Part shown: positions 10,627 through 20,899 of the stretch, in pieces | How the letters are laid out: each line of letters begins with the position of its first letter | Numbering within the stretch: the stretch's first letter is position 1 | Assembly: GCA_964467385.1 (NCBI GenBank) | Contig: CAYXQC010000001.1 | Location: 7,896 to 71,895, forward strand | Reading direction: 5' to 3' | DNA: 64,000 bases | DNA from: an uncultured Candidatus Saccharibacteria bacterium | GTDB lineage: Bacteria > Patescibacteriota > Minisyncoccia > Phycocordibacterales > CAIZLB01 | The notes under the pieces: model-generated | Seen by the model: the letters and a program-made list of their open reading frames with translations, nothing else | What the model was told of the DNA's origin: nothing | Database searches by the model: none | Translations under genes and position numbers: made by a program

Positions 10627-13044
10627 ATGAACAAGACACTTCACAAATCAATCCTGTATAGCATTATTGGCCTTTTGTACATTTCATTACTCGTCCCGCT
10701 TCTTATTTCAACTTCACTCTTTTTTCCATATATCACAGGGAAAGCTTTCCTCTTTAGGGGAGCGGTAGAGCTTGCGGCACTCCTATATATAGTATTAGTT
10801 ATTTTCGATAAGCGATATCTACCTAAACGTGGGCTAATCATGTGGTCTGTACTTGCGTTTACGGCAGTTCTGGGTATTGCATGTTTCTTTGCTGAAGATC
10901 CTGCAAAAAGTTTTTGGAGTAATTATGAGCGAATGGAAGGGTATGTAACAGTTATTCACCTTTTTCTTTTCTTTGTTGTTTCTTCTGCAATCTTTCGAAC
11001 TAAGCAGGCTTGGGAGCGACTTTTAAAAGTTTCAGTTGTTGTCAGTGTGATTGTCGGATTTAGAGCTTTTGCGGATTACGATACTAGTCGTGACTCGAAT
11101 CTTTTAGTCGAAACTATGAAAGGTGTTGGCTATTTTGTGAAAGTTTTGTTTGGTGGTACCGAAGGAACTATCCGTATTGCCGGATCTCTTGGGAACTCAA
11201 GTTACCTTGGTGTCTATTCACTCCTCCATACTTTTATTGGTGCTTCACTTTTGATTCAATTAAAAAGTATTAAAAAATTCATTGAAGCTCGGGTTGCATA
11301 TATTGGTTATATTGTAGCAATCTTGTTCAACTTATTTGTTCTCTATAACACTGGTACTCGAGGTTCATTTGTGGGGCTCGTAGCAGGTGTATTTGTATTC
11401 GCTATTATTCCGCTAATTTTTATTTTGTCGAATAAAGTTAAAGTTGATGATCAGACAAAGAAAGTTATTAAAAAGACAAGTATCATTGTGGTTGCTTGTA
11501 TTGTGGTGATCGTTGGTTTCCTTGGTATAAATAAAAATGCAGATTTTGTGAAAAGATCGGATCTTTTGAGTCGATTCAGTTCACTTATCACTTTTGATCT
11601 TGTAGAGGTAATGCAAACACAAGGTAAAGCTCGAACTCTCCTCTGGGGGATGGCTTGGGAAGGTGTAAAAGAACGACCTCTTCTCGGTTGGGGTCAAGAT
11701 AATTTCCATTATGTATTTGCAAAATACTACGATCCTCAAATGTATGGTCAGGAACAATGGTTTGATCGTACTCACAATGTATTTCTTGATTGGTTGATTG
11801 CTGGTGGTGTACTTGGCCTTGCTGGATATCTGAGCTTGTTTGTTGCACTTCTTCTTGCTCTCTGGAAAAAAGTACGACTCAATAAAAATGAAATGTATGA
11901 TCTGTTACAGAAAGCTCTCTTCACTGGACTTCTTGTTGCATATTTTGTACACAATTTGTTCATCTTCGATAACCTCGTAAGCTATATTATTTTCTTTATC
12001 TTGCTTGCGTATATTCATGAGCAATCAATGAATCCTGAGAATATGATCGTAAGTTCCTCTCAAGATGCAGCGGTAAGAGCACCTAAAGAGGGTATTTGGT
12101 TTGCAAATATGAAGATGTATTTTGAAAGTATGGTATTAAAATCAGTACTTGTTGTGCTTGTTATTTTGATTTCGTTCTACTCAATGTACACGGTCATCTG
12201 GAAGCCAATAATGGCTGGACGAACTTTGATCAAAGCGTTACAGATAAGCCAACCTGGTGCACTTGCAGTACTTGGACCTGAAAAAGCATCACCTGCGAAT
12301 GTGCTTACATACTTTAAACAGGCCCTTGCGTATAATACGTTCGGTAATACTGAAATTAGAGAACGACTGGCTGAGACAACTCCAACTGTTATTACTAATG
12401 AAAAAGATCAGGAAGTGGTCAAAGGATTCACTGATCTATTAGGACAGGAGTTTGATCGTGCGATCAAGGAAACTCCAAACGATCCTCGACCATATATCTT
12501 TGTTACATTGTATCTTCAAAAGTTTGGTCTCTTCAACCAATCGTTACCGTATGTTGAAAAAGCAATCTCTCTTTCTCCGAATAAACAATCATTCATTTTC
12601 CAAAAAGGTGTGATTGAGCTTTCAACGAATCAGTTTACAAAGGCAGCTGAGACATTCAAAACGGCGTATGAACTTGCTCCAGAAAGTGATGAATCAAAAC
12701 TCTTATATGCAATGGCACTTGTCTTTGCTGATAAATTTAGCGAAGCGAAAACAATCATAGGTGACAATCTTACAATTAAAACTGATGAGAGATATCTGAA
12801 TGCTCTTCTTCAAAAGAAGCAGTACACTGAGATTATTACAATTGCAAAAGAAAAAGAAGCAACTGATCCAAGTAATCCTCAGGTTCACATGTCACTCGCT
12901 GGACTCTATCTCAAGATGGGGCGAAGAGCTGAAGCTATCGCTGAAATCCAGAAAACTATCGCACTTGCTCCTGATTTCAAAGAAGCGGGTGAACAATATA
13001 TCCAGCAGATTCGAGAAGGGAAAGATCCATCAGCTGGAATCTAA
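10627..13044 (+). CDS. O-antigen ligase (Wzy_C) family membrane protein with C-terminal TPRs
   Basis: Many TM helices, TGTRGS, RPLLGWGQDNF, DRTHNVFLD, helical TPR-like tail; start moved to MNKTLH. Confidence 0.85.
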   Translation: MNKTLHKSILYSIIGLLYISLLVPLLISTSLFFPYITGKAFLFRGAVELAALLYIVLVIFDKRYLPKRGLIMWSVLAFTAVLGIACFFAEDPAKSFWSNYERMEGYVTVIHLFLFFVVSSAIFRTKQAWERLLKVSVVVSVIVGFRAFADYDTSRDSNLLVETMKGVGYFVKVLFGGTEGTIRIAGSLGNSSYLGVYSLLHTFIGASLLIQLKSIKKFIEARVAYIGYIVAILFNLFVLYNTGTRGSFVGLVAGVFVFAIIPLIFILSNKVKVDDQTKKVIKKTSIIVVACIVVIVGFLGINKNADFVKRSDLLSRFSSLITFDLVEVMQTQGKARTLLWGMAWEGVKERPLLGWGQDNFHYVFAKYYDPQMYGQEQWFDRTHNVFLDWLIAGGVLGLAGYLSLFVALLLALWKKVRLNKNEMYDLLQKALFTGLLVAYFVHNLFIFDNLVSYIIFFILLAYIHEQSMNPENMIVSSSQDAAVRAPKEGIWFANMKMYFESMVLKSVLVVLVILISFYSMYTVIWKPIMAGRTLIKALQISQPGALAVLGPEKASPANVLTYFKQALAYNTFGNTEIRERLAETTPTVITNEKDQEVVKGFTDLLGQEFDRAIKETPNDPRPYIFVTLYLQKFGLFNQSLPYVEKAISLSPNKQSFIFQKGVIELSTNQFTKAAETFKTAYELAPESDESKLLYAMALVFADKFSEAKTIIGDNLTIKTDERYLNALLQKKQYTEIITIAKEKEATDPSNPQVHMSLAGLYLKMGRRAEAIAEIQKTIALAPDFKEAGEQYIQQIREGKDPSAGI

Positions 13045-13086
13045 ACCCGAGTGGTAATACGAGCCTGAAAGTTCTGTGAATTAAAC

Positions 13087-14037
13087 ATGAAGAAAGATTC
13101 AAAAATATATGTTGCTGGACACAAAGGAATGGTGGGTTCTGCAATCGTGCGACAGCTTGAAAATGCAGGTCACACAAATATCATTACTCGTACACGGCAA
13201 GAACTGAATCTTTTGAATCAACAGGCAGTGCATGATTTTTTCAGTGTCGAGAAACCGGAATACATTTTCTTGGCCGCAGCAAAAGTTGGTGGCATCATGG
13301 CAAATAATACAGAGCGTGCAGATTTCATTTATGAAAATCTGATGGTAGAAGCAAATGTTATTCATGCTGCATACGAATTATCACGAGAAAATCCCGCCAC
13401 GAAACTCTTGTTCCTTGGTTCATCTTGCATCTATCCACGTATGGCGCCGCAGCCCTTGAAGGAGGAATATTTGTTGTCTGGTCCTCTTGAGCAAACAAAT
13501 GAACCGTATGCTATCGCAAAAATTGCCGGCATTAAGCTCTGTGAAAGTTACAAGCGTCAGTATGGCTGCAACTTCATTTCTGTTATGCCGACAAATTTGT
13601 ATGGTCCAAATGATAATTATGATCTCAACGGTTCACACGTATTACCAGCACTTCTCCGAAAATTTCACACTGCCAAAGTTTCCGGTGCTGACAAAGTGGA
13701 GTTGTGGGGGACAGGTGCACCACTTCGTGAATTCATGCATGTAAATGATTTAGCGCGAGCATGTGTATTTCTAATGAATACATATAACGAAGAAGGGTTC
13801 GTGAACATTGGTATTGGCGAGGATATTACAATTCGAGCACTTGCAGAGATGGTAAAAGAGGTCATTGGTTTCGATGGTGAAATTGTATTTGATGCTTCAA
13901 AGCCGGATGGTACTCCACGAAAACTGATGGATGTGTCAAAGTTGAGTGCACTTGGATTTAAAGCGGAGATTGGGCTAAAAGAGGGAATTATGGATGTGTA
14001 CTCAGAAGTTGTGTCAAGTGGAATTTTAACTAGATAG
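13087..14037 (+). CDS. fcl: GDP-L-fucose synthase
   Basis: GHKGMVGSA, AAAKVGGI, LGSSCIYP, YAIAK and PDGTPRK motifs. Confidence 0.95.
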   Translation: MKKDSKIYVAGHKGMVGSAIVRQLENAGHTNIITRTRQELNLLNQQAVHDFFSVEKPEYIFLAAAKVGGIMANNTERADFIYENLMVEANVIHAAYELSRENPATKLLFLGSSCIYPRMAPQPLKEEYLLSGPLEQTNEPYAIAKIAGIKLCESYKRQYGCNFISVMPTNLYGPNDNYDLNGSHVLPALLRKFHTAKVSGADKVELWGTGAPLREFMHVNDLARACVFLMNTYNEEGFVNIGIGEDITIRALAEMVKEVIGFDGEIVFDASKPDGTPRKLMDVSKLSALGFKAEIGLKEGIMDVYSEVVSSGILTR

Positions 14038-14072
14038 GAGATTATGGTTAGGTAAAATTAAATATATATAAT

Positions 14073-14264
14073 ATGGCAATAAAACCGAAGTGCGATCATT
14101 GCATCAAAGAGTTGGTTGATTACGGTGCAATATTGCTTAGTCCTCCAGATCAGAAAAACAAAGTTGTGAAATTTCATATTTGCAAAGCTTGCTACAAAAT
14201 TATGTCGGATGAATTGAAGAGCGTAAGGAAATTTTTTCAAAAGAAAAAGTATTTTTTAAAATAA
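14073..14264 (+). CDS. small putative zinc-binding protein
   Basis: 63 aa with CDHC...HICKAC; TATAAT immediately before the ATG. Confidence 0.65.
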   Translation: MAIKPKCDHCIKELVDYGAILLSPPDQKNKVVKFHICKACYKIMSDELKSVRKFFQKKKYFLK

Positions 14265-14316
14265 ATTATTTGTTTAATTTTTTTAAATATTTTTTTGAAA
14301 AAATAAAAAATAAAAG

Positions 14317-14325
14317 TTATCCACA
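14317..14325 (+). promoter_or_regulatory. DnaA-box consensus (TTATCCACA)
   Basis: Perfect 9-mer in an A/T tract about 20 nt upstream of a sigma70-type promoter. Confidence 0.55.
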
Positions 14326-14343
14326 CTTTTTTTAAAAAAAATA

Positions 14344-14372
14344 TTGCGAGTAATGTAAATGAAAGAGATAAT
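14344..14372 (+). promoter_or_regulatory. sigma70-type promoter of the Lys-rich micro-ORF
   Basis: TTGCGA-17 nt-GATAAT. Confidence 0.6.
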
Positions 14373-14441
14373 TAGTACATGGTTAGTGATATTGGTCACC
14401 ATCGCTAACACTTACCAATAATTGTTCCTTACTTCAATACC

Positions 14442-14513
14442 ATGGCAGTTAAAAAGAAAGCAAAGAAGGCAGCAAAGAAGTCAAAAAAGAAGGCTTCAAA
14501 AAAGAAGAAATAA
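14442..14513 (+). CDS. 23-aa Lys/Ala-rich micro-protein (MAVKKKAKKAAKKSKKKASKKKK)
   Basis: ATG..TAA frame read by hand; flanked by a promoter and a terminator; mixed AAA/AAG codons. Confidence 0.7.
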   Translation: MAVKKKAKKAAKKSKKKASKKKK

Positions 14514-14531
14514 TCTTCTGCTACTCACTTA

Positions 14532-14570
14532 ACAAAACATCTCGGAGTAAAATCCGGGGTGTTTTGTTTT
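14532..14570 (+). terminator. intrinsic terminator
   Basis: ACAAAACATCTCGGA-gtaaaa-TCCGGGGTGTTTTGT hairpin with T tract. Confidence 0.75.
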
Positions 14571-14598
14571 GTGAAATTATGCTAAAGTAGGCATCACT

Positions 14599-17238
14599 AT
14601 GACAATACTTACTTCGATATTTGGTACACGTTCGAGTCGGGAAGTGAAGCGGTATCAAAAAATTGTTCAGAAAATCAACGCCCTTGAACCTCAAATCAAG
14701 GCTCTTTCCGATGAAGAACTCAAAGCTAAGACTACTCAATTTAAGACACAGATTTCAGAAAAATGCAACACAAACAATACTGCAGAGGAAAATTCAATTT
14801 TGAATGAAATCTTGCCAGAAGCTTTTGCTGTTGTACGAGAAGCGTCACGACGAGCTCTTGGTCAACGACATTACGATGTGCAACTTATTGGTGGAATGAT
14901 TATCCACGAAGGAAAAATTGCTGAGATGAAAACTGGTGAAGGGAAGACTTTGATGGCAACACTTGCTGTGTATCTCAATGCTCTTACAGGAAAGGGTGTA
15001 CACCTCATCACCGTAAACGATTACCTTGCCAGACGAGATGCTTCATGGATGGGTCAGATTTATCACAAGCTTGGCCTCACTACAGGTGTGATAAATGACG
15101 GCTCTACATATATATTTGATATTGAACATGTTGGAGCAAAAGATGTTGCACCGACTGAAATTGCTGCCACAGAAACTAATGCTCATACAAAAGAAGAAGT
15201 AGAAAAAGAAGTAACTGAAGCTTCAAAAGAAAATGAAAATAGTGCATTTAAAGTGGGATATGAATTTCTGAAACCGGCCACAAAGCGTGAGGCATATCAT
15301 GCTGATATTACATATGGTACGAACAATCAATTTGGATTCGATTATCTAAGAGACAATATTGAACATTCTGTAACTGAAATTCGTCAGCGAGAATTCAACT
15401 TTGCTATTGTAGACGAAGTCGATTCTATCCTCATCGATGAAGCAAGAACTCCGCTTATTATTTCTTCACCAACTGCCGAATCGGAAAGTTTGTACGTAAC
15501 ATTCGCAGACATTGCAAAAAAACTAAATCGAGATGAACATTTTACTGTTGATGAAAAGTTTAAGACTATCGCTATGACCGAAAAAGGTATCGATGAGGCA
15601 GAAAAACTTCTCGGTGTTTCAAACATTTATACCGAAGGTGGTATCAAATATGTACATCATCTGGAAACTGCAGTACGAGCGAAGGCTCTATATCATAATG
15701 ATGTTGAATATATTGTTAAGAATGGAGAGGTGATGATTGTTGACCCTTCGACTGGACGGCTCCAGCCAGGACGACGATGGTCAGAAGGCCTACATCAAGC
15801 TATTGAAGCTAAAGAAGGTGTGAAGATCCAGAAGGAAAGTCGAACATTCGCTTCTATTACATTTCAAAACTATTTTCGAATGTACCCAAAGCTTGCTGGT
15901 ATGACAGGTACAGGTATGACAAGTGCAGAAGAATTTCTCAAGGTGTATGGTCTTGATGTGATCGAAGTTCCGACACATCGTCCGGTTGCCCGACTTGATC
16001 GACAAGATTTTATTTTCCAGAACGAAAAGGGGAAGTTTATAGCTATTACAAAAAAGATCAAAGAACTTCACCAAAAAGGTCAGCCTGTTCTTGTTGGTAC
16101 GGTTTCGATTGAAAAAAATCAGCTCCTCTCGGATTATCTCAAACGAGAAGGTATTCCTCACGCACTTCTTAATGCCAAGCCAGAATTTGCAGAAAAAGAA
16201 GGTCAGATTGTAGCTGAAGCTGGTAAACGTGGTGCTGTAACCATTGCGACAAACATGGCTGGTCGAGGTGTAGACATTAAGTTGGGTGGTGCGCACGGTA
16301 ATGCTGCAGAGATAAAAGAACTTGGTGGTCTTTATGTGCTTGGTACTGAACGACATGAGGCGCGACGAATTGATAATCAGCTTCGAGGACGATCAGGACG
16401 ACAAGGTGATCCAGGAGAAACCCAATTTTTCGTATCCATGGAGGACGATTTGATGCGTATTTTTGCGAGTGATACGGTGAAGAAAATGATGACACGATTG
16501 AACATCCCGGAAGATGAACCTATTCAGCACAGCATGATTAGCCGGTCTCTCGAATCTGCTCAGCGGAAAATTGAAGGTTTTCATTTTGATTCTCGAAAAC
16601 ATGTACTTGAATATGATGATGTCTTGAATCAGCAGCGACTTAAGGTTTATAGTCGAAGAAAGAAAATTCTCCTTGGAGAACCAAAAGATGTAGAAGAAAT
16701 TTTGAATACCATTCTTCTTAAAGCGACTGAAGCACAAAAAATTGCGATCGAAGAAAATCGAAAACGATTTACTCAGGCGAGTGAGCCAGAACAACCGCTC
16801 AATTTCCTTCGAACAGCTCGTGGTGTGATGCTTCAGACAATCGATCTATTCTGGATTGATCATCTTGAGCTGATGGACTATATGAGATCAAGTGTGAATC
16901 TTCGGGCGTACGGCCAGCGTGACCCTCTTGTGGAATATAAGCGAGAAGGCCTCATTTTCTTTAGACAAATGGAAGAATCGGTTGACCAAGAAATCATCAG
17001 AATTCTCGCACAAGTTCAGGGTGAAGTCGGCGTAGGGACAAATATACCTGTCGTGGAACTTCGACCGTCTGCTGACGCAAGTAGTATTGTTGGTGAAGCT
17101 ATTGCAGAAGCCAAAAAGATTGATGGGGCTCGAGTGATTACTGTAGGTGCAAATGGTTCTGCTGAAGACAAGGTTGGCCGAAATGATCCTTGTCCTTGTG
17201 GGAGTGGGAAGAAGTACAAAAAGTGCCACGGAGCGTAG
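14599..17238 (+). CDS. secA: preprotein translocase ATPase SecA
   Basis: [44 protein letters not shown] and the C-terminal [19 protein letters not shown]. Confidence 0.98.
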   Translation: MTILTSIFGTRSSREVKRYQKIVQKINALEPQIKALSDEELKAKTTQFKTQISEKCNTNNTAEENSILNEILPEAFAVVREASRRALGQRHYDVQLIGGMIIHEGKIAEMKTGEGKTLMATLAVYLNALTGKGVHLITVNDYLARRDASWMGQIYHKLGLTTGVINDGSTYIFDIEHVGAKDVAPTEIAATETNAHTKEEVEKEVTEASKENENSAFKVGYEFLKPATKREAYHADITYGTNNQFGFDYLRDNIEHSVTEIRQREFNFAIVDEVDSILIDEARTPLIISSPTAESESLYVTFADIAKKLNRDEHFTVDEKFKTIAMTEKGIDEAEKLLGVSNIYTEGGIKYVHHLETAVRAKALYHNDVEYIVKNGEVMIVDPSTGRLQPGRRWSEGLHQAIEAKEGVKIQKESRTFASITFQNYFRMYPKLAGMTGTGMTSAEEFLKVYGLDVIEVPTHRPVARLDRQDFIFQNEKGKFIAITKKIKELHQKGQPVLVGTVSIEKNQLLSDYLKREGIPHALLNAKPEFAEKEGQIVAEAGKRGAVTIATNMAGRGVDIKLGGAHGNAAEIKELGGLYVLGTERHEARRIDNQLRGRSGRQGDPGETQFFVSMEDDLMRIFASDTVKKMMTRLNIPEDEPIQHSMISRSLESAQRKIEGFHFDSRKHVLEYDDVLNQQRLKVYSRRKKILLGEPKDVEEILNTILLKATEAQKIAIEENRKRFTQASEPEQPLNFLRTARGVMLQTIDLFWIDHLELMDYMRSSVNLRAYGQRDPLVEYKREGLIFFRQMEESVDQEIIRILAQVQGEVGVGTNIPVVELRPSADASSIVGEAIAEAKKIDGARVITVGANGSAEDKVGRNDPCPCGSGKKYKKCHGA

Positions 17239-17281
17239 TTAAAGATTGTAAATTCACCCCAAACGAGCTAACATTATATAT

Positions 17282-18283
17282 ATGAATACTAAATATCAGA
17301 GCATTTTCTTTGCCACTGTTTTTCTTGTTATAAGCGTTCTTAGTGTACTTATATTTCAATCGTTTCTAATACCTCTCATCTTGTCTGCGATAGTGGCGAT
17401 TCTCGTTGCGCCACTTCATCAAAAAATTCTCCAAAAGATGCGGTCAAAAAACTTGGCTGCGGTGACAACCGTACTTCTCATTGTTATTCTAATACTCGTT
17501 CCTTTAGCTTTTTTGGCAAATCGAATTATCTCAGAAGCTCAGGGTTTGTACCTAACAATTGCTTCTGGTGAGATGGTTTCAGTCGATGCTGTAACACATA
17601 AAGTTGAGACTGTTGTTAAATCATATATTCCAGACTTTAAGTTTAACGTACGAGAGTACCTTGCCGGATTCTCGGCTTGGATTCTTGGAGCGGTCGGTGG
17701 AATTTTCTCCGGTACTCTAGACCTCTTTGTAAAATTCATCCTTGGACTTATTGCACTCTTTTACTTCATACGGGACGGGGAAGAGTTCAAAGAACAACTT
17801 TCATCACTGAGTCCGCTTTCACAAGATAAAGATGACATGATAGCTCACTCTATTAAATCATCTATTGGCTCTGTAGTACTCGGTTCATTGGTTGTGGCAC
17901 TGGTCCAAGGTGTTTTATCCGGTATTGGCTTTGCAATCTTCGGCGTACCAAATTCAGTACTTTGGGGAACTGTAGCTGGTATCGCGGCTCTGGTGCCTGG
18001 TGTTGGTACAGCACTGGTCTGGATACCTGCGGTAATTTACCTCTTCTTCTATGGAAGTTACGGTGTATGGGTAGGACAGATCATTTGGTCTATAGTTTTT
18101 GTGGGTCTTGTCGACAATGTACTTGCACCATTTATCATCAATAAAGGTGTAAATATTCATCCACTTTTCATTCTCTTTTCAATACTTGGTGGCCTCCAGT
18201 ACTTTGGCCCTGAAGGATTTCTTCTTGGTCCACTTTCGGTAAGTCTTTTGTTTGTACTTGTGAAGGTGATAAAGACCAATTAA
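17282..18283 (+). CDS. AI-2E (PerM/YdiK-like) family transporter
   Basis: Multi-TM protein; GLVDNVLAP and IHPLFILFSILGGLQYFGPEGFLLGP. Confidence 0.85.
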   Translation: MNTKYQSIFFATVFLVISVLSVLIFQSFLIPLILSAIVAILVAPLHQKILQKMRSKNLAAVTTVLLIVILILVPLAFLANRIISEAQGLYLTIASGEMVSVDAVTHKVETVVKSYIPDFKFNVREYLAGFSAWILGAVGGIFSGTLDLFVKFILGLIALFYFIRDGEEFKEQLSSLSPLSQDKDDMIAHSIKSSIGSVVLGSLVVALVQGVLSGIGFAIFGVPNSVLWGTVAGIAALVPGVGTALVWIPAVIYLFFYGSYGVWVGQIIWSIVFVGLVDNVLAPFIINKGVNIHPLFILFSILGGLQYFGPEGFLLGPLSVSLLFVLVKVIKTN

Positions 18284-18386
18284 ACAAATCTACTCTGGTT
18301 TGTGACAGTGAATAACTGTAAGAAATTGATTCCCGCCCGGCCAGCTAAAAGTACCCCTAAAAGCCTAAAAATGCTAAAATAGCCCT

Positions 18387-19430
18387 ATGATATTAAGGCC
18401 GATACTCATCTTGGTCATATTCTTTGGTACCTTGTTCTATTTTAGAGAACCGTTGCAAAACGTTGCCCCATCCTTTAGTCAACTTCACTCTGAGTACGCA
18501 GATTCGTTTAAGAAGTTTTTCAAAGAAGTTACTTCGGCCTCATCAACGACTCTTTTTGGTGTGAGTCAAAATTATATTCCATTTTTCTCTGGATCAAACT
18601 CTACGACTTCCGGTTACAAAACTTCTACTGTAACAACGATTGATGATCCTCAGGGTGATCTGCAGGGTGGCAGAGGAACATCATCGGCAAACCAAGGTGG
18701 AGTGCTTGGAACAGTTTCGGTTACTGGAAAAAACGGCGAACTACTTCCTGTGATTTCAAATCAAAATGAGGCAAGTCTGTCTGTGCAAGGTATTATTCTT
18801 GGCACAAATGCTGAACGTCAAAAACAAGGCCTCCCGTATTTGAATGTAAATAAGAAATTAACAGAATCTGCAGAATCAAAACTTCAGGATATGTTTAAAA
18901 ATCAGTATTTTGAACATATGTCTCCATCTGGTGACAGCGTATCTGATGTTGTTAGAAAAACTGGCTATGATTATATAGTAGTAGGTGAAAATCTTGCGCT
19001 GGGTGTTTTCTCTGGCGACAGTCAGGTGGTTGCGGCATGGATGGCAAGTCCGGGACATCGAAAAAATATTCTAGATTCACGATATCAGGAAATAGGGATC
19101 GCTATTGGTCAGGGAACATATCAAGGTCGAAAGCAGTGGCTCATTGTACAGCACTTCGGTAAGCCGCTCTCATCGTGCCCATCTCCAAGTGATTCGTTGA
19201 AAAAATCGATCGAAACTCAAAAGGCAGAAGTTGCTGCACTTGAAAATAGGATCGCTGAAACCCGAAAGGAAATCGATAGTGCAACTGGTGATGCGTATGT
19301 AGAGAAAGCTAATGAGTATAATACTCTTGTAATTGACTACAACACTAAGCTTACTATGCTCAAACAGTCTATCGATTCTTACAACACAACCGTGCGACAA
19401 TTCAATACATGTGCAGGGATAGCTGAATAG
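18387..19430 (+). CDS. CAP/SCP-domain secreted protein with C-terminal coiled coil
   Basis: N-terminal TM; TNAER, YFEH, GENLA and WMASPGHRKNIL. Confidence 0.85.
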   Translation: MILRPILILVIFFGTLFYFREPLQNVAPSFSQLHSEYADSFKKFFKEVTSASSTTLFGVSQNYIPFFSGSNSTTSGYKTSTVTTIDDPQGDLQGGRGTSSANQGGVLGTVSVTGKNGELLPVISNQNEASLSVQGIILGTNAERQKQGLPYLNVNKKLTESAESKLQDMFKNQYFEHMSPSGDSVSDVVRKTGYDYIVVGENLALGVFSGDSQVVAAWMASPGHRKNILDSRYQEIGIAIGQGTYQGRKQWLIVQHFGKPLSSCPSPSDSLKKSIETQKAEVAALENRIAETRKEIDSATGDAYVEKANEYNTLVIDYNTKLTMLKQSIDSYNTTVRQFNTCAGIAE

Positions 19431-19431
19431 A

Positions 19432-19455
19432 GAATAAAAATCCTTTTCTTCGTTG
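19432..19455 (+). repeat. 5' fragment of post-stop structured repeat (type 2)
   Basis: GAATAAAAAtccTTTTCTTCGTTG matches the sense-strand start of the 20900-21009 copy; begins 1 nt after the TAG of the CAP gene. Confidence 0.55.
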
Positions 19456-19493
19456 TGTCACTCATCTTACTAGAGGATAAAAAAAGTGGATGA

Positions 19494-19600
19494 GAAAATA
19501 TGCATGCCTTGCGGAGGCTTATATTCTGCTGAATATAAGCTGAGCAGAGCAAAAATTCTGGAGAATTTTATGCGTAGTATGCATGTTTTCGAAGAAGCTT
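19494..19600 (-). repeat. post-stop structured repeat, type 1 copy A
   Basis: Reverse complement aligns with 37441-37550; terminal stem, two hairpins, CTCTGCTCA and CGCAAG. Confidence 0.85.
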
Positions 19601-20770
19601 TTATCCCTTGATAAGAAGTGCGTATCGTACACCGAGAAGCATAAGAATACCTGTCACGAAGAAGACATATGCAATGTTACCGAACATGAGTGTTATCGCA
19701 ACAAGAGGTGGAATTATGAAAAAAGGTAATGATCGAGTCATTCGATAGAAACTTACAAATCCAGCATTTGAAGGACTTATATGTTTGAAAAAATAGCTCT
19801 CACTTGAAACTTCTACGATACTTGCACCGATACGACTTACAAAAAGTACCGCAGACCAAAGGATTATATTTTTCTCGTGAATAAATGGAATAAGCATGAA
19901 AGTAAAGGCCATGACACTAAAGCCGAGTACGAGCACGTGTTTTTCGTCGTGGTATCGATCTTCCATTTTTCCAATAGGAATCTGAAATAGAATAAAGGGC
20001 AAAAGCATAATACTCAATATAATACCCATCTCAGGGATAGAAAAACCTACATAATCAATGAGATAAATAGGTAGGTAAATTACAGTTAAACCATAAAAAA
20101 GGTGAAGTAAAAAATGGTCAACAAAGACATCGAAGATATTTTTTTCCTGGCGAAATTTTTGCCAAGCTTCACGAAGATTTATAACAGGGTAGTCCTGATC
20201 CTCAAAATTTCTAAAGTTTGAAGATATGAGAATAATAAAAGGGATAAGAAATAATGCGCCAATCAGATACACTTTCCAATACTCAGCCTTAAGCAGAATA
20301 ATTCCAAGCATAACTGGTGCGATAATCGGGGGGATATTTTGCATCGTTAAATAGAAGCCACGAATACTCCCCATTTCTTCAGCTGTAGCATACTTTTCGG
20401 CAAAAATATCCATGTTATAGAAGAGAATAGGGGCAATCGCCATGTGAATAATAAATAAAGAAACGATCAAAATAGGGTCAGATGTGTAGGCGAGACTAAA
20501 GAGTGCTACAAGTTCTGCGAGCGCTGTTCCTATGGTAAAGCGGTAATTTCCAATCGTACGAAGTACTGAGGGGGCTGATATAAAGAGTAGAATATTTAAA
20601 AGTGAACCAATTGCATATGCGTACCCAAGCCCTTTGGTACCAATAAATCCTTCAAGATATTTTGAATTAATAAAATATGCAAAGAAGTAATGGAAGGAGA
20701 GGAGAAGAACCGACACGAAAATCAGAAGCATCGCTTGAAAGTTTTTAAGTTTTCCAAGAACTTTATCCAT
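19601..20770 (-). CDS. MFS transporter
   Basis: About 12 TM segments, 389 aa, FQIPIGKMEDR-type loop. Confidence 0.75.
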   Translation of the reverse strand: MDKVLGKLKNFQAMLLIFVSVLLLSFHYFFAYFINSKYLEGFIGTKGLGYAYAIGSLLNILLFISAPSVLRTIGNYRFTIGTALAELVALFSLAYTSDPILIVSLFIIHMAIAPILFYNMDIFAEKYATAEEMGSIRGFYLTMQNIPPIIAPVMLGIILLKAEYWKVYLIGALFLIPFIILISSNFRNFEDQDYPVINLREAWQKFRQEKNIFDVFVDHFLLHLFYGLTVIYLPIYLIDYVGFSIPEMGIILSIMLLPFILFQIPIGKMEDRYHDEKHVLVLGFSVMAFTFMLIPFIHEKNIILWSAVLFVSRIGASIVEVSSESYFFKHISPSNAGFVSFYRMTRSLPFFIIPPLVAITLMFGNIAYVFFVTGILMLLGVRYALLIKG

Positions 20771-20848
20771 AAGCTATGTGGTTTATTTTAGCATAATCAA
20801 TCGTAATAAGGGGGGGCATCGGTACATTGAATAAGATATAGGTATAAG

Positions 20849-20887
20849 AATACAAAATCCCGAGCGTGTAGTTCGGGATTTTGTATT
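20849..20887. terminator. strong hairpin, probable terminator downstream of rnj
   Basis: AATACAAAATCCCGA-9 nt-TCGGGATTTTGTATT perfect 15-bp stem. Confidence 0.7.
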
Positions 20888-20899
20888 GTCTTTTCTCTC

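Noticed and set aside
14265-14345. Replication origin
   Set aside because: Only one perfect DnaA box and no dnaA/dnaN nearby.
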